Below, piece after piece: positions 26,665 to 35,860 of a DNA stretch of 64,000 nt. Positions within the stretch are counted from its first letter, which is position 1; every line of letters begins with the position of its first letter. The stretch comes from a virus (lineage: Duplodnaviria > Heunggongvirae > Uroviricota > Caudoviricetes): the IMG/VR virus record IMGVR_UViG_3300025778_000009; one strand, written 5' to 3'. The notes under the pieces were generated by a model that searched no databases, was not told the origin of the DNA, and saw nothing but the letters and a program-made list of their open reading frames with translations. The position numbers and the translations under genes were made by a program.

Positions 26665-26741
26665 GTCCGTTTAGCCCAGTGGTAGGAGGCAAGGCGCTTA
26701 AAACGCCTACAGGACTGGTTCGAATCCAGTAACGGACACCA
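26665..26741 (+). tRNA. tRNA-Leu(TAA) with a short variable loop
   Basis: AGGCG-CTTAAAA-CGCCT; 5-nt variable loop; ACCA end. Confidence 0.88.
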
Positions 26742-26782
26742 AAATCTCCAAAGTGTCGGTTCGAATCCCACCATCCGCACCA
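26742..26782 (+). pseudogene. 3' half of another tRNA, probably Leu, starting in the anticodon loop
   Basis: AAA-TCTCC-AAAGT-GTCGG-TTCGAAT-CCCAC-CATCCGC-ACCA. Confidence 0.65.
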
Positions 26783-26802
26783 TTTTTAACAAAGGATATA
26801 TT

Positions 26803-27018
26803 ATGAACAAGTTCGTTAAGCTTACAAACAATGCAGATGCACATAAAGGCAATCCAATTTATATTAATGTAGATCATATTACTGCTGTTTATGATGCTGC
26901 CGTTGAAGGTGGAAACATTAAGACATTCATCTTTGGTGGTTATACAGGTGTTCAGTGGGAAGTAGAAGAATCCCCAAAGCAAGTAATTGATATGATTATG
27001 CCTGTGGAGTATATTTAA
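26803..27018 (+). CDS. hypothetical protein (FlbD-like pattern)
   Basis: FVKLT..G.PIYINVDHI..V...VEESP. Confidence 0.65.
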   Translation: MNKFVKLTNNADAHKGNPIYINVDHITAVYDAAVEGGNIKTFIFGGYTGVQWEVEESPKQVIDMIMPVEYI

Positions 27019-27019
27019 C

Positions 27020-27298
27020 ATGATTAAAGAATGTCTCGTTAAAAAGAAACCATTATATCAAAAAGCAATTCAATATACTCCTGAGCTTACTAATGAAGAA
27101 TTACGTCGATGGACAAATAATAAAGCTTTTATTATGCAGCTTGAGCGCGGCGATGACGAATGTGTAGTTATTAATACACTCGAAGGTACAATGAAAGCTT
27201 CAATGGGTGATTGGATTATGCAAGGGGTTACAGGAGAAGATTTTTATCCTATACGTGAAGATATAATGTATCAATCATATAATTTCTTGAGGGATTGA
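27020..27298 (+). CDS. conserved phage protein (TLEG..GDWI..G.FYP family)
   Basis: INTLEGTMKASMGDWIMQGVTGEDFYP. Confidence 0.7.
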   Translation: MIKECLVKKKPLYQKAIQYTPELTNEELRRWTNNKAFIMQLERGDDECVVINTLEGTMKASMGDWIMQGVTGEDFYPIREDIMYQSYNFLRD

Positions 27299-27299
27299 T

Positions 27300-27959
27300 A
27301 TGAATGCTAGTATAGTTGCAGTAACACGTCCTACCAGCGGGTTAGACGTGAATGAATTTGTTGCTTACGTAGCACGTGTATCCAATCCCTCCAATCAGAA
27401 CAATATAGAGACAGCACCAAAGCTTATTAAATATCTTATTAAAAATAAGCACTGGTCGCCATTAGAAATGGTTCATGTTGTAATGGAGATCAATACAACT
27501 CGAGACATTGCTCGTCAAATCCTTAGACATCGCTCATTTGCCTTTCAGGAGTTTTCTCAACGTTATGCAGATCCGACAAATGACTTGGGTTTTGTCACTC
27601 GTGAAGCCCGTCTCCAAGATACAAAAAATAGACAAAATTCAATTGAAGTTAAAGACGATCCAGAACTCAAACACGGTTGGAATGAGCGTCAAAAGATAGT
27701 TATTGAATATGCACAAAAAGAATATGATTGGGCTATTAAGAACGGTATTGCAAAAGAACAAGCTCGTGCAGTTCTTCCTGAAGGTCTTACTGTTTCTCGT
27801 CTTTATATGGCTGGTTCTCTTAGAAGCTGGGTGCACTATTGTCAGTTACGTTGTTCTAACGGTACTCAGAAAGAGCACAGAGAAATAGCATTAGATTGCT
27901 GGTATAATTTAATAAAAGAGTTTCCTTCTCTAATAGACTTAGAACTTATCTCACCTTAG
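27300..27959 (+). CDS. thyX: flavin-dependent thymidylate synthase
   Basis: HWSPLE, RQILRHRSFAFQEFSQRY, EQARAVLP, TQKEHR. Confidence 0.95.
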   Translation: MNASIVAVTRPTSGLDVNEFVAYVARVSNPSNQNNIETAPKLIKYLIKNKHWSPLEMVHVVMEINTTRDIARQILRHRSFAFQEFSQRYADPTNDLGFVTREARLQDTKNRQNSIEVKDDPELKHGWNERQKIVIEYAQKEYDWAIKNGIAKEQARAVLPEGLTVSRLYMAGSLRSWVHYCQLRCSNGTQKEHREIALDCWYNLIKEFPSLIDLELISP

Positions 27960-27969
27960 GAATATAATT

Positions 27970-28731
27970 ATGTTTGAACAAGAAATTATTAATGCTATGA
28001 CTCCTTTTATTCCTAATAGTTCAGGAGATAATAGTACTAAATTTAGTATGGCTCTTGATGGTAATAAAAATTTTGTTAGTAATCTATTAAGTATTGCTGA
28101 AGTTTTTGGTCATCAGATTATAGAATATACAGTTATTGAAACTATTGCGCAAGAGGATACTGCAGAACTTAAAACCCTTTTTAATTCATATGGAAGTGAT
28201 AAGTCTAACTCACATAACTATGATATTTTTTATGCTAATATTTTAAATGATAGAGAAAATATTAAAGCTGTTGCTGAAATAGGAATGGGCACCAATAATA
28301 CATCGGTCCTATCTAATATGGGATCAGATGGTAAACCTGGTGCATCTCTTAGAGCTTTTAGAGATTATTTGCCTAATGCTCAAATATATGGCGGTGATGT
28401 TGACCGTAATATTCTTTTTAATGAAGATAGAATACAAACATTTTTTGTTGATCAATTAAGACTGGAAACTATTGATAACTTTTTTAATAATCTTCCAGAC
28501 GATTTAGATCTTTTTATTGATGATGGACTTCATTCACCGGAAGCTAATTTAAATGTTTTAATGTATGGTATCTCTAAAATTAAAATCGGTGGTTGGTATG
28601 TAGTAGAAGATATATCAAATCAATCTATGAATTTATGGAAAGTAGTATCTCTTCTTATTTCAGATAACTATGATAAATATTTACTGAAAGCAGATAAAGG
28701 TAATTTATTTGTCATTAATAGGAATGCGTGA
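27970..28731 (+). CDS. SAM-dependent methyltransferase-like protein
   Basis: GSDK...HNY, EIG, GASLR, IDDGLH, GGWYVVED. Confidence 0.75.
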   Translation: MFEQEIINAMTPFIPNSSGDNSTKFSMALDGNKNFVSNLLSIAEVFGHQIIEYTVIETIAQEDTAELKTLFNSYGSDKSNSHNYDIFYANILNDRENIKAVAEIGMGTNNTSVLSNMGSDGKPGASLRAFRDYLPNAQIYGGDVDRNILFNEDRIQTFFVDQLRLETIDNFFNNLPDDLDLFIDDGLHSPEANLNVLMYGISKIKIGGWYVVEDISNQSMNLWKVVSLLISDNYDKYLLKADKGNLFVINRNA

Positions 28732-28739
28732 GGTTTATT

Positions 28740-29189
28740 ATGGCTACGTTAGAAGAAATTAAAAAACAAAAAGCAGAAGAACTTCAACGCAAAATGCGTG
28801 AAGAAGAAGATAAGATAAGAAGAGAATCTCATAATAGTCTTACTATACGTTCTTTCTTTGAACAAGAACTAGAACGTGAAATTAGAAAGACAGGATTTTA
28901 TAAGAAGTTAATGTATCTCACCCCTCTTATTGTTTTTGTAGTAATGCTAGCAGCAGGCTCTGCGTATATTTACTTCAAAGATTTTCTTACAATAAGAGAT
29001 GCTAATGCTGAAGCATATGCTATCGAAGCTATCGGTAAAGCCACCGCGTCAGCAGTAACTCAAGTTGGAATGGCTCTTAAACAAAATCCAGAATATGTAC
29101 CATTGACTACAGCTCAAAAGTGGGATGGTAAACTTCCTAACACTATGGTTTCTGGTCAAAATCCTCCGTTTATTAATACTAAACCTTAA
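28740..29189 (+). CDS. membrane protein with an SPFH-like C-terminus
   Basis: One transmembrane helix; AEAYAI..ALKQNP..KWDGKLP. Confidence 0.6.
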   Translation: MATLEEIKKQKAEELQRKMREEEDKIRRESHNSLTIRSFFEQELEREIRKTGFYKKLMYLTPLIVFVVMLAAGSAYIYFKDFLTIRDANAEAYAIEAIGKATASAVTQVGMALKQNPEYVPLTTAQKWDGKLPNTMVSGQNPPFINTKP

Positions 29190-29194
29190 AAAAG

Positions 29195-29259
29195 TCAATG
29201 ATTTCAACGGTATATTTTTTAAAAATACCGTTGATTTTATTAGGAATCCATGCTATATT
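29195..29259 (+). promoter_or_regulatory. early promoter with upstream TCAATGATTTCAA motif and an inverted repeat
   Basis: TCAATGATTTCAA (also at 226-238); TCAACGGTAT/ATACCGTTGA; TTGATT-N17-TATATT. Confidence 0.55.
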
Positions 29260-29285
29260 ATAATATAAGCAATGGAGATATATTC

Positions 29286-29441
29286 GTGGATAATTCAAAG
29301 ATACCTTACGTCTTTACAGGTCAGCTCAATTACGCTATTAAGAAAATGCGTACTATGCAGCGAGCAGGTTACCGTGTAGTAAAACAGCATATTCATCCAG
29401 ATAAGTCTATCACCATCTCTATGGAAAAGAAGTTATACTAA
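29286..29441 (+). CDS. hypothetical protein
   Basis: GTG start with GGAG RBS. Confidence 0.55.
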   Translation: MDNSKIPYVFTGQLNYAIKKMRTMQRAGYRVVKQHIHPDKSITISMEKKLY

Positions 29442-29620
29442 TGGAAAACATTCGTGCAGCACATAAAGAGTTTATATTGAATGGCGCTAAATGTGAGCGT
29501 ACTGATGCTACCTATACAATAAACGGTAGACCTCATTCTGCCCGTTTGCCCTGGATTGCTTCTGCTCAAGAAGTGCGATTCTTTATTATTAGACAGCGTC
29601 AGGGATATTCAAAAAAGTGA
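29441..29620 (+). CDS. 59-aa hypothetical protein (MENIRAAHKEF...)
   Basis: Translated by hand; overlaps the stop and start codons of both neighbours. Confidence 0.6.
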   Translation: MENIRAAHKEFILNGAKCERTDATYTINGRPHSARLPWIASAQEVRFFIIRQRQGYSKK

Positions 29621-29913
29621 ATATTGCTTTAGACTTTGATGATACGTATACTCGGGATCCAACTCTTTGGAATAAGTTTATTGAAGACGCCAAAGACAGA
29701 GGACATGATATACGTATCGTCACTTTCCGTAAGAAAGTAATGGAAGATCCAGCATTGAATTATCTTGCACTTTCTATTCCGGTCATCTATACTGAATATC
29801 AACAGAAGAGACAATTTACAAATAATATGGGATGGATCGTCGATGTTTGGATTGACGATAGTCCTGAATTTATTGTTAATAATATCCCTTTGATTGGTAA
29901 GAGTAATGATTAA
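29617..29913 (+). CDS. minimal HAD-superfamily phosphatase
   Basis: LDFDDT, VTFR, K, WIDDSP. Confidence 0.75.
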   Translation: MNIALDFDDTYTRDPTLWNKFIEDAKDRGHDIRIVTFRKKVMEDPALNYLALSIPVIYTEYQQKRQFTNNMGWIVDVWIDDSPEFIVNNIPLIGKSND

Positions 29914-30391
29914 GTTTGAAAATACACATTTGATTGGTAGAGAGTCTGCTAAGATGATGCGCAGTCTTGCAGAGTTTACTCTTAATAAGTTCTTTACCAA
30001 GCCTAAACAAGATAAACTAGACGTTACAGTTATTTTCAAAAAAGATCTTTTTGAAAAGACTAATCAATTTGGTAACTGTATTTGGGAAGACGAATATTAC
30101 CGTCCGTTTGATTTTACAATTCAAATAGATCCGGATCAGAAGATTCAACTTCTGCTAAATAGCCTAGCTCATGAACTCGTACATGTTAAACAATGGGCAA
30201 AAGGTGAATTTTATCAACTTCAACGTGAACGAAGTGTCTATAAATTTAATGGGCAAAAATTCAACACAGAAAAAGTTGATTACTGGGATACGCCCTGGGA
30301 AATTGAAGCCCATGGACGTGCAATCGGGCTAGTCGTGCAGTGGGCAAGAATGAATAAGCTCTCTCACAAAAATTTAGTCGTAGAAGGCTAG
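29906..30391 (+). CDS. putative zinc metallopeptidase
   Basis: LAHELVHVKQ ... PWEIEA. Confidence 0.75.
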   Translation: MIKFENTHLIGRESAKMMRSLAEFTLNKFFTKPKQDKLDVTVIFKKDLFEKTNQFGNCIWEDEYYRPFDFTIQIDPDQKIQLLLNSLAHELVHVKQWAKGEFYQLQRERSVYKFNGQKFNTEKVDYWDTPWEIEAHGRAIGLVVQWARMNKLSHKNLVVEG

Positions 30392-30422
30392 CCCCTATTT
30401 TTAACACTAAGGAGACTACTAA

Positions 30423-31085
30423 ATGAAAAAGCTACTTATTACTGTTGCTGCTGTTATGCTCGCAACTTCCGCATATGCTACTGATCTTCCAAACAAAAAG
30501 AAGGCACCAGCTGCACCTGCTCCTGTTGCTGCTGCTACTGCAACCGCAGAAAGCACAGATAGCTTAACTGCTGCTTATGGCCAGGATACTGCTGTTGGCA
30601 ATCTTGGTTCTAAGACTGACGACATTTATCAAATGACATACTCACATAAGCTAGGTAACGGTGTTGCTGTTGGTGGTATGGCTCAGACAACTCAAGTTCC
30701 TGGTTCACAATTGAATCAAAATCTTGAAGCACAAGCTTCATATACACTACCTGCTTTCTCTGGAGTTTCTGTAACAGGTAAGATTGGTGTTGGTGAGAAG
30801 TTTACCACTACTAACTTCCCATACTATGCAGTATACGGCAGTGCAGATTATAAGGTTATGGATAAGCTAACTTGGAACGCAGTTTCATATCGTTATCGTT
30901 CAGCATTTGATACAAACACATACGGTTATCAGACTCATCAAATTGGTACTGGTGTAACTTATGATCTTGCATCTAACTATTCAGTCAGTGCAAAGGTATA
31001 CCGTAACTATGATGCTTCATCAAGCTTTACTAATCCAACAGCATCTGGTGATGCGTTCATGCTTGGTTTGACTGTAAAGTTCTGA
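30423..31085 (+). CDS. outer-membrane beta-barrel protein (Rhizobiales porin-like)
   Basis: Signal peptide, then ATDLPNKKKAPAAP; alternating beta strands; C-terminal Phe. Confidence 0.75.
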   Translation: MKKLLITVAAVMLATSAYATDLPNKKKAPAAPAPVAAATATAESTDSLTAAYGQDTAVGNLGSKTDDIYQMTYSHKLGNGVAVGGMAQTTQVPGSQLNQNLEAQASYTLPAFSGVSVTGKIGVGEKFTTTNFPYYAVYGSADYKVMDKLTWNAVSYRYRSAFDTNTYGYQTHQIGTGVTYDLASNYSVSAKVYRNYDASSSFTNPTASGDAFMLGLTVKF

Positions 31086-31110
31086 TACAAAACTTGATGA
31101 TATCAGGCAG

Positions 31111-31135
31111 AAAAGGCGCTTAGGCGCCTTTTTTT
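31111..31135 (+). terminator. intrinsic terminator
   Basis: AAAAGGCGC-TTAG-GCGCCTTTTTTT. Confidence 0.85.
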
Positions 31136-31136
31136 G

Positions 31137-31165
31137 TTGCTTATTTTTGTAATGTATGTTATAAT
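31137..31165 (+). promoter_or_regulatory. sigma70-type promoter
   Basis: TTGCTT-N17-TATAAT. Confidence 0.6.
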
Positions 31166-31193
31166 ATATTGTAAGATTGAAATGGAGTGTGAA

Positions 31194-31409
31194 ATGAATC
31201 AACGTGCTGGTAAGACTCATGCAGCTGGACTAAATGATGGTGATAAGATACCTCTCGCATCTATTATTAAGTTCTGTAAAGAAGCAAAGACAGACTTAGA
31301 GAATAACGGTGATGAAGATGCCGCTCTTCGTTTTGAAATATTAGCTGACTATCTTCTTAATGACTATCGTGGATCCTTTAAATATCAATCTAAAATGATA
31401 GGACTATAA
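31194..31409 (+). CDS. hypothetical protein
   Basis: ATG 31194 with GGAG RBS. Confidence 0.65.
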   Translation: MNQRAGKTHAAGLNDGDKIPLASIIKFCKEAKTDLENNGDEDAALRFEILADYLLNDYRGSFKYQSKMIGL

Positions 31410-31412
31410 ATA
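31405..31412 (+). promoter_or_regulatory. late promoter
   Basis: TATAAATA. Confidence 0.65.
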
Positions 31413-31443
31413 TCATATAGATTCTAATTCATAGGAGAAAATC

Positions 31444-32645
31444 ATGGTTGATAACAAAATTGATCAATACGCAGCATTCATTTCAGGTCAAATAGATAAA
31501 AGTTCCATTAAGGAAGCTAGACTCGAAAAAGAAATTGAATCTGTAAATGAAGCTCATCCTGGCATGGATGAACCAGAATATCACAGCGATAAGGTTGATG
31601 AGATTACTAAAAAAATAGAAAAGATTAACCGTTCTGGTGGTAGAGTAGGCCCTAATCATCCATTAAGCCAAAAGCTATCATATCACATGGGTGAATTAAA
31701 AAGAACAAGAGCTAAAAAAAGAAGAGAAATGGATGAAGAAGTATATCAGATAGACGAGCTTAAAAAGAGTACATTAGGCTCTTATATTAATAAAGCAGCA
31801 CAAAGCAAGAGTGATGCAGAAAGCAAGATGTCTAATGACCAAGATTGGGATGATATGTCTGATAAAGAACAGGATAAAACTGTTCGTGATCAGAAAAATA
31901 GAACAAAGGGAATTGGTAAAGCTGTAGATAAATTGACTAAAGAAGAAGCAGATGTTAAATTCTCAGAAGCTGAAGTAAATGCTATTGAAAATATTATTGA
32001 TAATGATCAAATAGACGAAAAGTCTATGGGACCTAAAGCAAAACCTGGTCAATATGATCATATTGATCCAATGCGTCCAAAAAATACTGGCACAACAAGA
32101 TTGATCCACCCTGCTCCCCCTAAAGCTAAGCCTGGTGAAGAAAAGCATACCGACCCTGCACCTTCTAAAGCAAAACCTGGTGAAGGAAAACACATTGATC
32201 CAACATCATCTAAAAAGCCAGGTAATATGGATAAAATTACACCTATGAAACAACCTGCTTTTAATACTAAGCATTATAAAGAAGATAATGTTTCTTTCTA
32301 TGCTCAGTTTATTTCAAAGCAACTTGTCGGAGAAGGGGTGGAAACTCTTTCAGAATCACTAGCTAAGGCTACAAAAGCAATAGAAAAAATGGATGGGGAT
32401 GCAATCATGTAGGATCTCATGGTACACAGCATGTTTTTATACGCGGTGGCGATCATGGTGAAAGTCACCATTATACAGTACATGATACTGCTACTGGAAA
32501 AAACCATGATATACATCTAGAGCATGGTGGTAAAACAATGTCAATGGTTCAGGTTAAAAAAGCAGCAGATAAAGAAGTTCACCCAGAAATTCTTAGTATG
32601 ATTCATGCTGATCATAAAGAAGATGTAAAAACTCACAATATCTAA
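31444..32645 (+). CDS. charged putative internal-head protein with KAKPG repeats; probable frameshift near 32388
   Basis: ORF 31444..32412 with IDE/LSE/VNE protease-type sites; start-less His-rich -1 frame 32388-32645. Confidence 0.55.
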
Positions 32646-32664
32646 TTTATACGAATAGTCATTC

Positions 32665-32694
32665 AAGAGGGCCTCTTTAGGCCCTCTTTTTTTT
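32665..32694 (+). terminator. intrinsic terminator
   Basis: AAGAGGGCCT-CTTT-AGGCCCTCTTTTTTTT. Confidence 0.85.
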
Positions 32695-32741
32695 GTTTGC
32701 CTAAATATTATATTAAAAATTATCTTAATCGGAATATTTCC

Positions 32742-33719
32742 ATGAAAACATTCTTATCATATATTATTGAGGCAAAAGCTAAAATAGGTGGCAGCAGCAA
32801 TAATACAGCTATGGGTAATGCTTATGAAGCTGCTACAGTGCTTCATATTCACAATAATACTGCTGCAGCAAACAATGACGATGATGAATATCAAAGACAT
32901 ATTGCTGAAGTTAAAAAAACACATAAAGAAAATATGGACAAGCTTCCTCCTGAGGCTCGAGAGGATGTTGAGAAAAAAGCTAGAGATTCAGCTGAAGCAT
33001 ATTTGAATAGTCTAGAAAAAAATCACGGCATTAAAAGAAATCAAATTACTAGAGTCCATCATACTAATCAAGGCATTGATAAATCAATTGGTAAGACGGT
33101 TGATAGAGGCAACAATCCTCATGATTTAATTGTTCATGCAGATAATGTAAAGACTAAAGATGGTGGTCATTTTGTTCACGGTGCTTCTCTAAAAGCCACA
33201 TCTGGCACAGCCTCTAATAATACTGTTAATGCCTTTGATCAAAAAGCTGGTATTAAAACTAAATTAAATGATATTTGGAAAAAAGGTTTGAAGAGAGCAG
33301 GCCTTGAAGGTAAATCAGGCGCCGAAATCAAAGCTGTCAGAGATAATCCTAAAATTAAAAAAATAAATTCAGAAACACAGGCTGCTGCAGCTAGTCATCA
33401 CGGTGAAACCTTTAATAATCTTTCACACAAAGAAAAGCAAAAGCATCTTCAATATCTATTAAAAGGTAAACCTGATTTACCTTATGATTATGTGAAAGGT
33501 GAAAAAGGTGGTTCTGCAACCCCTCAAGCTAATATGTCACACTTTAAAGCTATTACAAATGCTAAAAAATTAAAAGCAACTGTATCTGGTAATCTTGTAC
33601 ACTTTCATGATGAAAAAGGTAATCATATTGCAACGGTTGAACATAGAACGACACATGGTGCATTCGGCAGCCCTCAAGTGAATGCAAAATTTGGTAATAT
33701 TAAAGAGTTAAAAGAATGA
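32742..33719 (+). CDS. His/Lys-rich putative capsid-packaged protein, possibly PD-(D/E)XK-like
   Basis: N-terminus MKTFLSYIIE; E..PHD...GASLK pattern. Confidence 0.6.
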   Translation: MKTFLSYIIEAKAKIGGSSNNTAMGNAYEAATVLHIHNNTAAANNDDDEYQRHIAEVKKTHKENMDKLPPEAREDVEKKARDSAEAYLNSLEKNHGIKRNQITRVHHTNQGIDKSIGKTVDRGNNPHDLIVHADNVKTKDGGHFVHGASLKATSGTASNNTVNAFDQKAGIKTKLNDIWKKGLKRAGLEGKSGAEIKAVRDNPKIKKINSETQAAAASHHGETFNNLSHKEKQKHLQYLLKGKPDLPYDYVKGEKGGSATPQANMSHFKAITNAKKLKATVSGNLVHFHDEKGNHIATVEHRTTHGAFGSPQVNAKFGNIKELKE

Positions 33720-34387
33720 AAACATTTTTATCCTTCATAGCAGAAGATACATCAGGTGTTGCTTCCGCCAAACATCAAGAACATCCTGAAGATAATGCTG
33801 TAAGAAGCAAAGAAGGTTTTGCACATACCGTATCGGCTTTAAGAGCTATTCATAAAGGGTTGAAGTCAGGTAGAACAGATAATGATACGCATACATCAAC
33901 TAAGCTTGATGGTGCGCCCGCTATTGTATTTGGTCATCATCCTAAGACTGGTAAATTCTTTGTTGCAACTAAACATGGTGCATACGGTAAAACACCAAAG
34001 TTAGCAACCTCTCATGAAGAAATTGAACAGCATTATGGCCATTCTTATGGACTTGCGCAAAAATTACATCATGCATTAAACCATTTACCTAAAGTTACCC
34101 CTAAGAAAGGTATTTTCCAAGGTGACTATATGCATGATGAATCAGAACGTAAAGAATCAAATGATGAAATTACATTCAAACCAAATACTATAAAATATCA
34201 TATAAAGAAAAATTCTGAAGAAGGTAAAAAAGCAGCTCGTTCTAAAATGGGAATCGCTGTACATACAAAGATTGAAGGTGATCCTGATCATCCTGGTACC
34301 CTTCATGCATCACCTCTTACCGATCACTCTCAATTTAAAAAACACCCTGATGTTCATATGATATCTCCTGAGGCTAAATTATCATGA
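33716..34387 (+). CDS. DUF6267-like, ligase-like protein, N-terminal part
   Basis: MKTFLSFIAE; HQEHPED; TKLDGAPA (KxDG); FQGD; FKPNTI. Confidence 0.65.
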   Translation: MKTFLSFIAEDTSGVASAKHQEHPEDNAVRSKEGFAHTVSALRAIHKGLKSGRTDNDTHTSTKLDGAPAIVFGHHPKTGKFFVATKHGAYGKTPKLATSHEEIEQHYGHSYGLAQKLHHALNHLPKVTPKKGIFQGDYMHDESERKESNDEITFKPNTIKYHIKKNSEEGKKAARSKMGIAVHTKIEGDPDHPGTLHASPLTDHSQFKKHPDVHMISPEAKLS

Positions 34388-34917
34388 AAAATATTACACC
34401 AGAAGAATCAAAAGCTGTTGAAGATCATTTAGCTAAAGCTGAAGAGATTCATAATAAGTTGCCGCCAGAACATCACGATATTATTAATAAACATCAAGAT
34501 CATTTTGATACTTATATTAATAAAACAGTTCGTACTGGCGAGAAACCTACTACAAAAGGGTTGAGAGAACATATCAAAACCCGCATGCAAAAAGAAGTAG
34601 ATAAGGTATCTACGCCTGCTGCTAAACAGCGTAAGACTGAAGCAATGACTGCTGCTCTGGCTTATCATGATGTTCATGAAAAACATTTTAAAGCTGCATT
34701 AGATATTCATAGTCATATTCAAGCTGCAAAAGATATTCTTACAAAAGGTTTACATAGAGCACAAAAATCATCTAATCCTATGTCACAATCAATAGAAGAT
34801 AAGCCAACAGATCCTGAAGGTTATGTTGTAAAACATAAGGGTCGTATTATTAAAATGGTTAATAGATCAGAATTTTCACAAGCCAATTTTAATAAACCAA
34901 AAGATTGGGTAAAATAA
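34384..34917 (+). CDS. DUF6267-like, ligase-like protein, C-terminal part
   Basis: PEGYVV and KMVNR.EFS.ANF. Confidence 0.6.
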   Translation: MKNITPEESKAVEDHLAKAEEIHNKLPPEHHDIINKHQDHFDTYINKTVRTGEKPTTKGLREHIKTRMQKEVDKVSTPAAKQRKTEAMTAALAYHDVHEKHFKAALDIHSHIQAAKDILTKGLHRAQKSSNPMSQSIEDKPTDPEGYVVKHKGRIIKMVNRSEFSQANFNKPKDWVK

Positions 34918-35534
34918 TGAAAACATTTTTAAATTATCTTTCTGAAATGAAAAGAAATAAACATGTTGTTTTGGCATATGGAAGATTTAATGCACCTACA
35001 ATTGGCCATGAAAAATTAATTCATAAAACAGAAGATCTAGCAAAAGAACAAGGTGCAGAAGCGCATGTTGTTACTACTCATTCTGAAGGTACAAGTAAAA
35101 ATCCTTTACCGCTTTCTAAAAAAGTTAAATTTATAAAGAAAGTAGCTGCAAAAGGTACACGTGTATCTCATACAACCCCAGAAGAACCAACACTGCTACA
35201 CCATCTAGCTAAACTACATAAACAAGGTGTAAGACATCTTACAATGGTTGCTGGTTCTGATCGTGTTGGAGAATATGAGTCACTTATTAACAAATATAAT
35301 GGTAAAACAGGCCCGCACGGTCACTATAAATTTGATTCAATAAAAGTTGTTTCTGCCGGTCAAAGAGATCCGGATTCTGAAGGAACTGAAGGAATGTCAG
35401 GTACAAAATTGAGAGCAAAAGCAAGAGCTGGTGAAGATATTAAACCAGCTTTACCAAAAGCTTTACATCCTCATGCAGAAGAAATTGCTAATCATATTAG
35501 AGCAATTAAAGAAGACTTTGAAAGCTATTATTAA
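34917..35534 (+). CDS. cytidylyltransferase-like (HIGH-family nucleotidyltransferase)
   Basis: YGRFNAPTIGH, KNPL, AGSDRV, SAGQRDPD, MSGTKLR. Confidence 0.8.
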   Translation: MKTFLNYLSEMKRNKHVVLAYGRFNAPTIGHEKLIHKTEDLAKEQGAEAHVVTTHSEGTSKNPLPLSKKVKFIKKVAAKGTRVSHTTPEEPTLLHHLAKLHKQGVRHLTMVAGSDRVGEYESLINKYNGKTGPHGHYKFDSIKVVSAGQRDPDSEGTEGMSGTKLRAKARAGEDIKPALPKALHPHAEEIANHIRAIKEDFESYY

Positions 35535-35806
35535 TGCCTGCAGTTGCCAGACTTGGTGATCCTAGTGATCATGGTGGTTCTATAATCAGCTCTGCATCGT
35601 TAACAAAAGTAAATGGAATATTAGTGGCTAGAATAGGCGACTTACATTCATGTCCCATTCCTGGTCATGGAATAACATCCATAACTACAGGCTCTAATAA
35701 ATTTACATGTGAGGGTGCAGTAGTAGCAGTAGTTGGAAGTGTTTGTGGTTGTGGAGCTACTATTAGTGCAGGAAGTGGTGATACAACATCACCTCTCGGC
35801 GGTTAA
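35534..35806 (+). CDS. PAAR spike-tip protein
   Basis: VARLGD..DHGG, ARIGD.H.CP..GHG, CGA. Confidence 0.9.
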   Translation: MPAVARLGDPSDHGGSIISSASLTKVNGILVARIGDLHSCPIPGHGITSITTGSNKFTCEGAVVAVVGSVCGCGATISAGSGDTTSPLGG

Positions 35807-35860
35807 CTGTTTGCCATTTTCATAAATAACTATAAAATACAATAATATTAAAGAAAAATT

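Noticed and set aside
25768-26782. A single tRNA split by a group I intron
   Set aside because: The acceptor strands of the two halves do not pair and no intron core is visible; the insert holds complete tRNAs instead.
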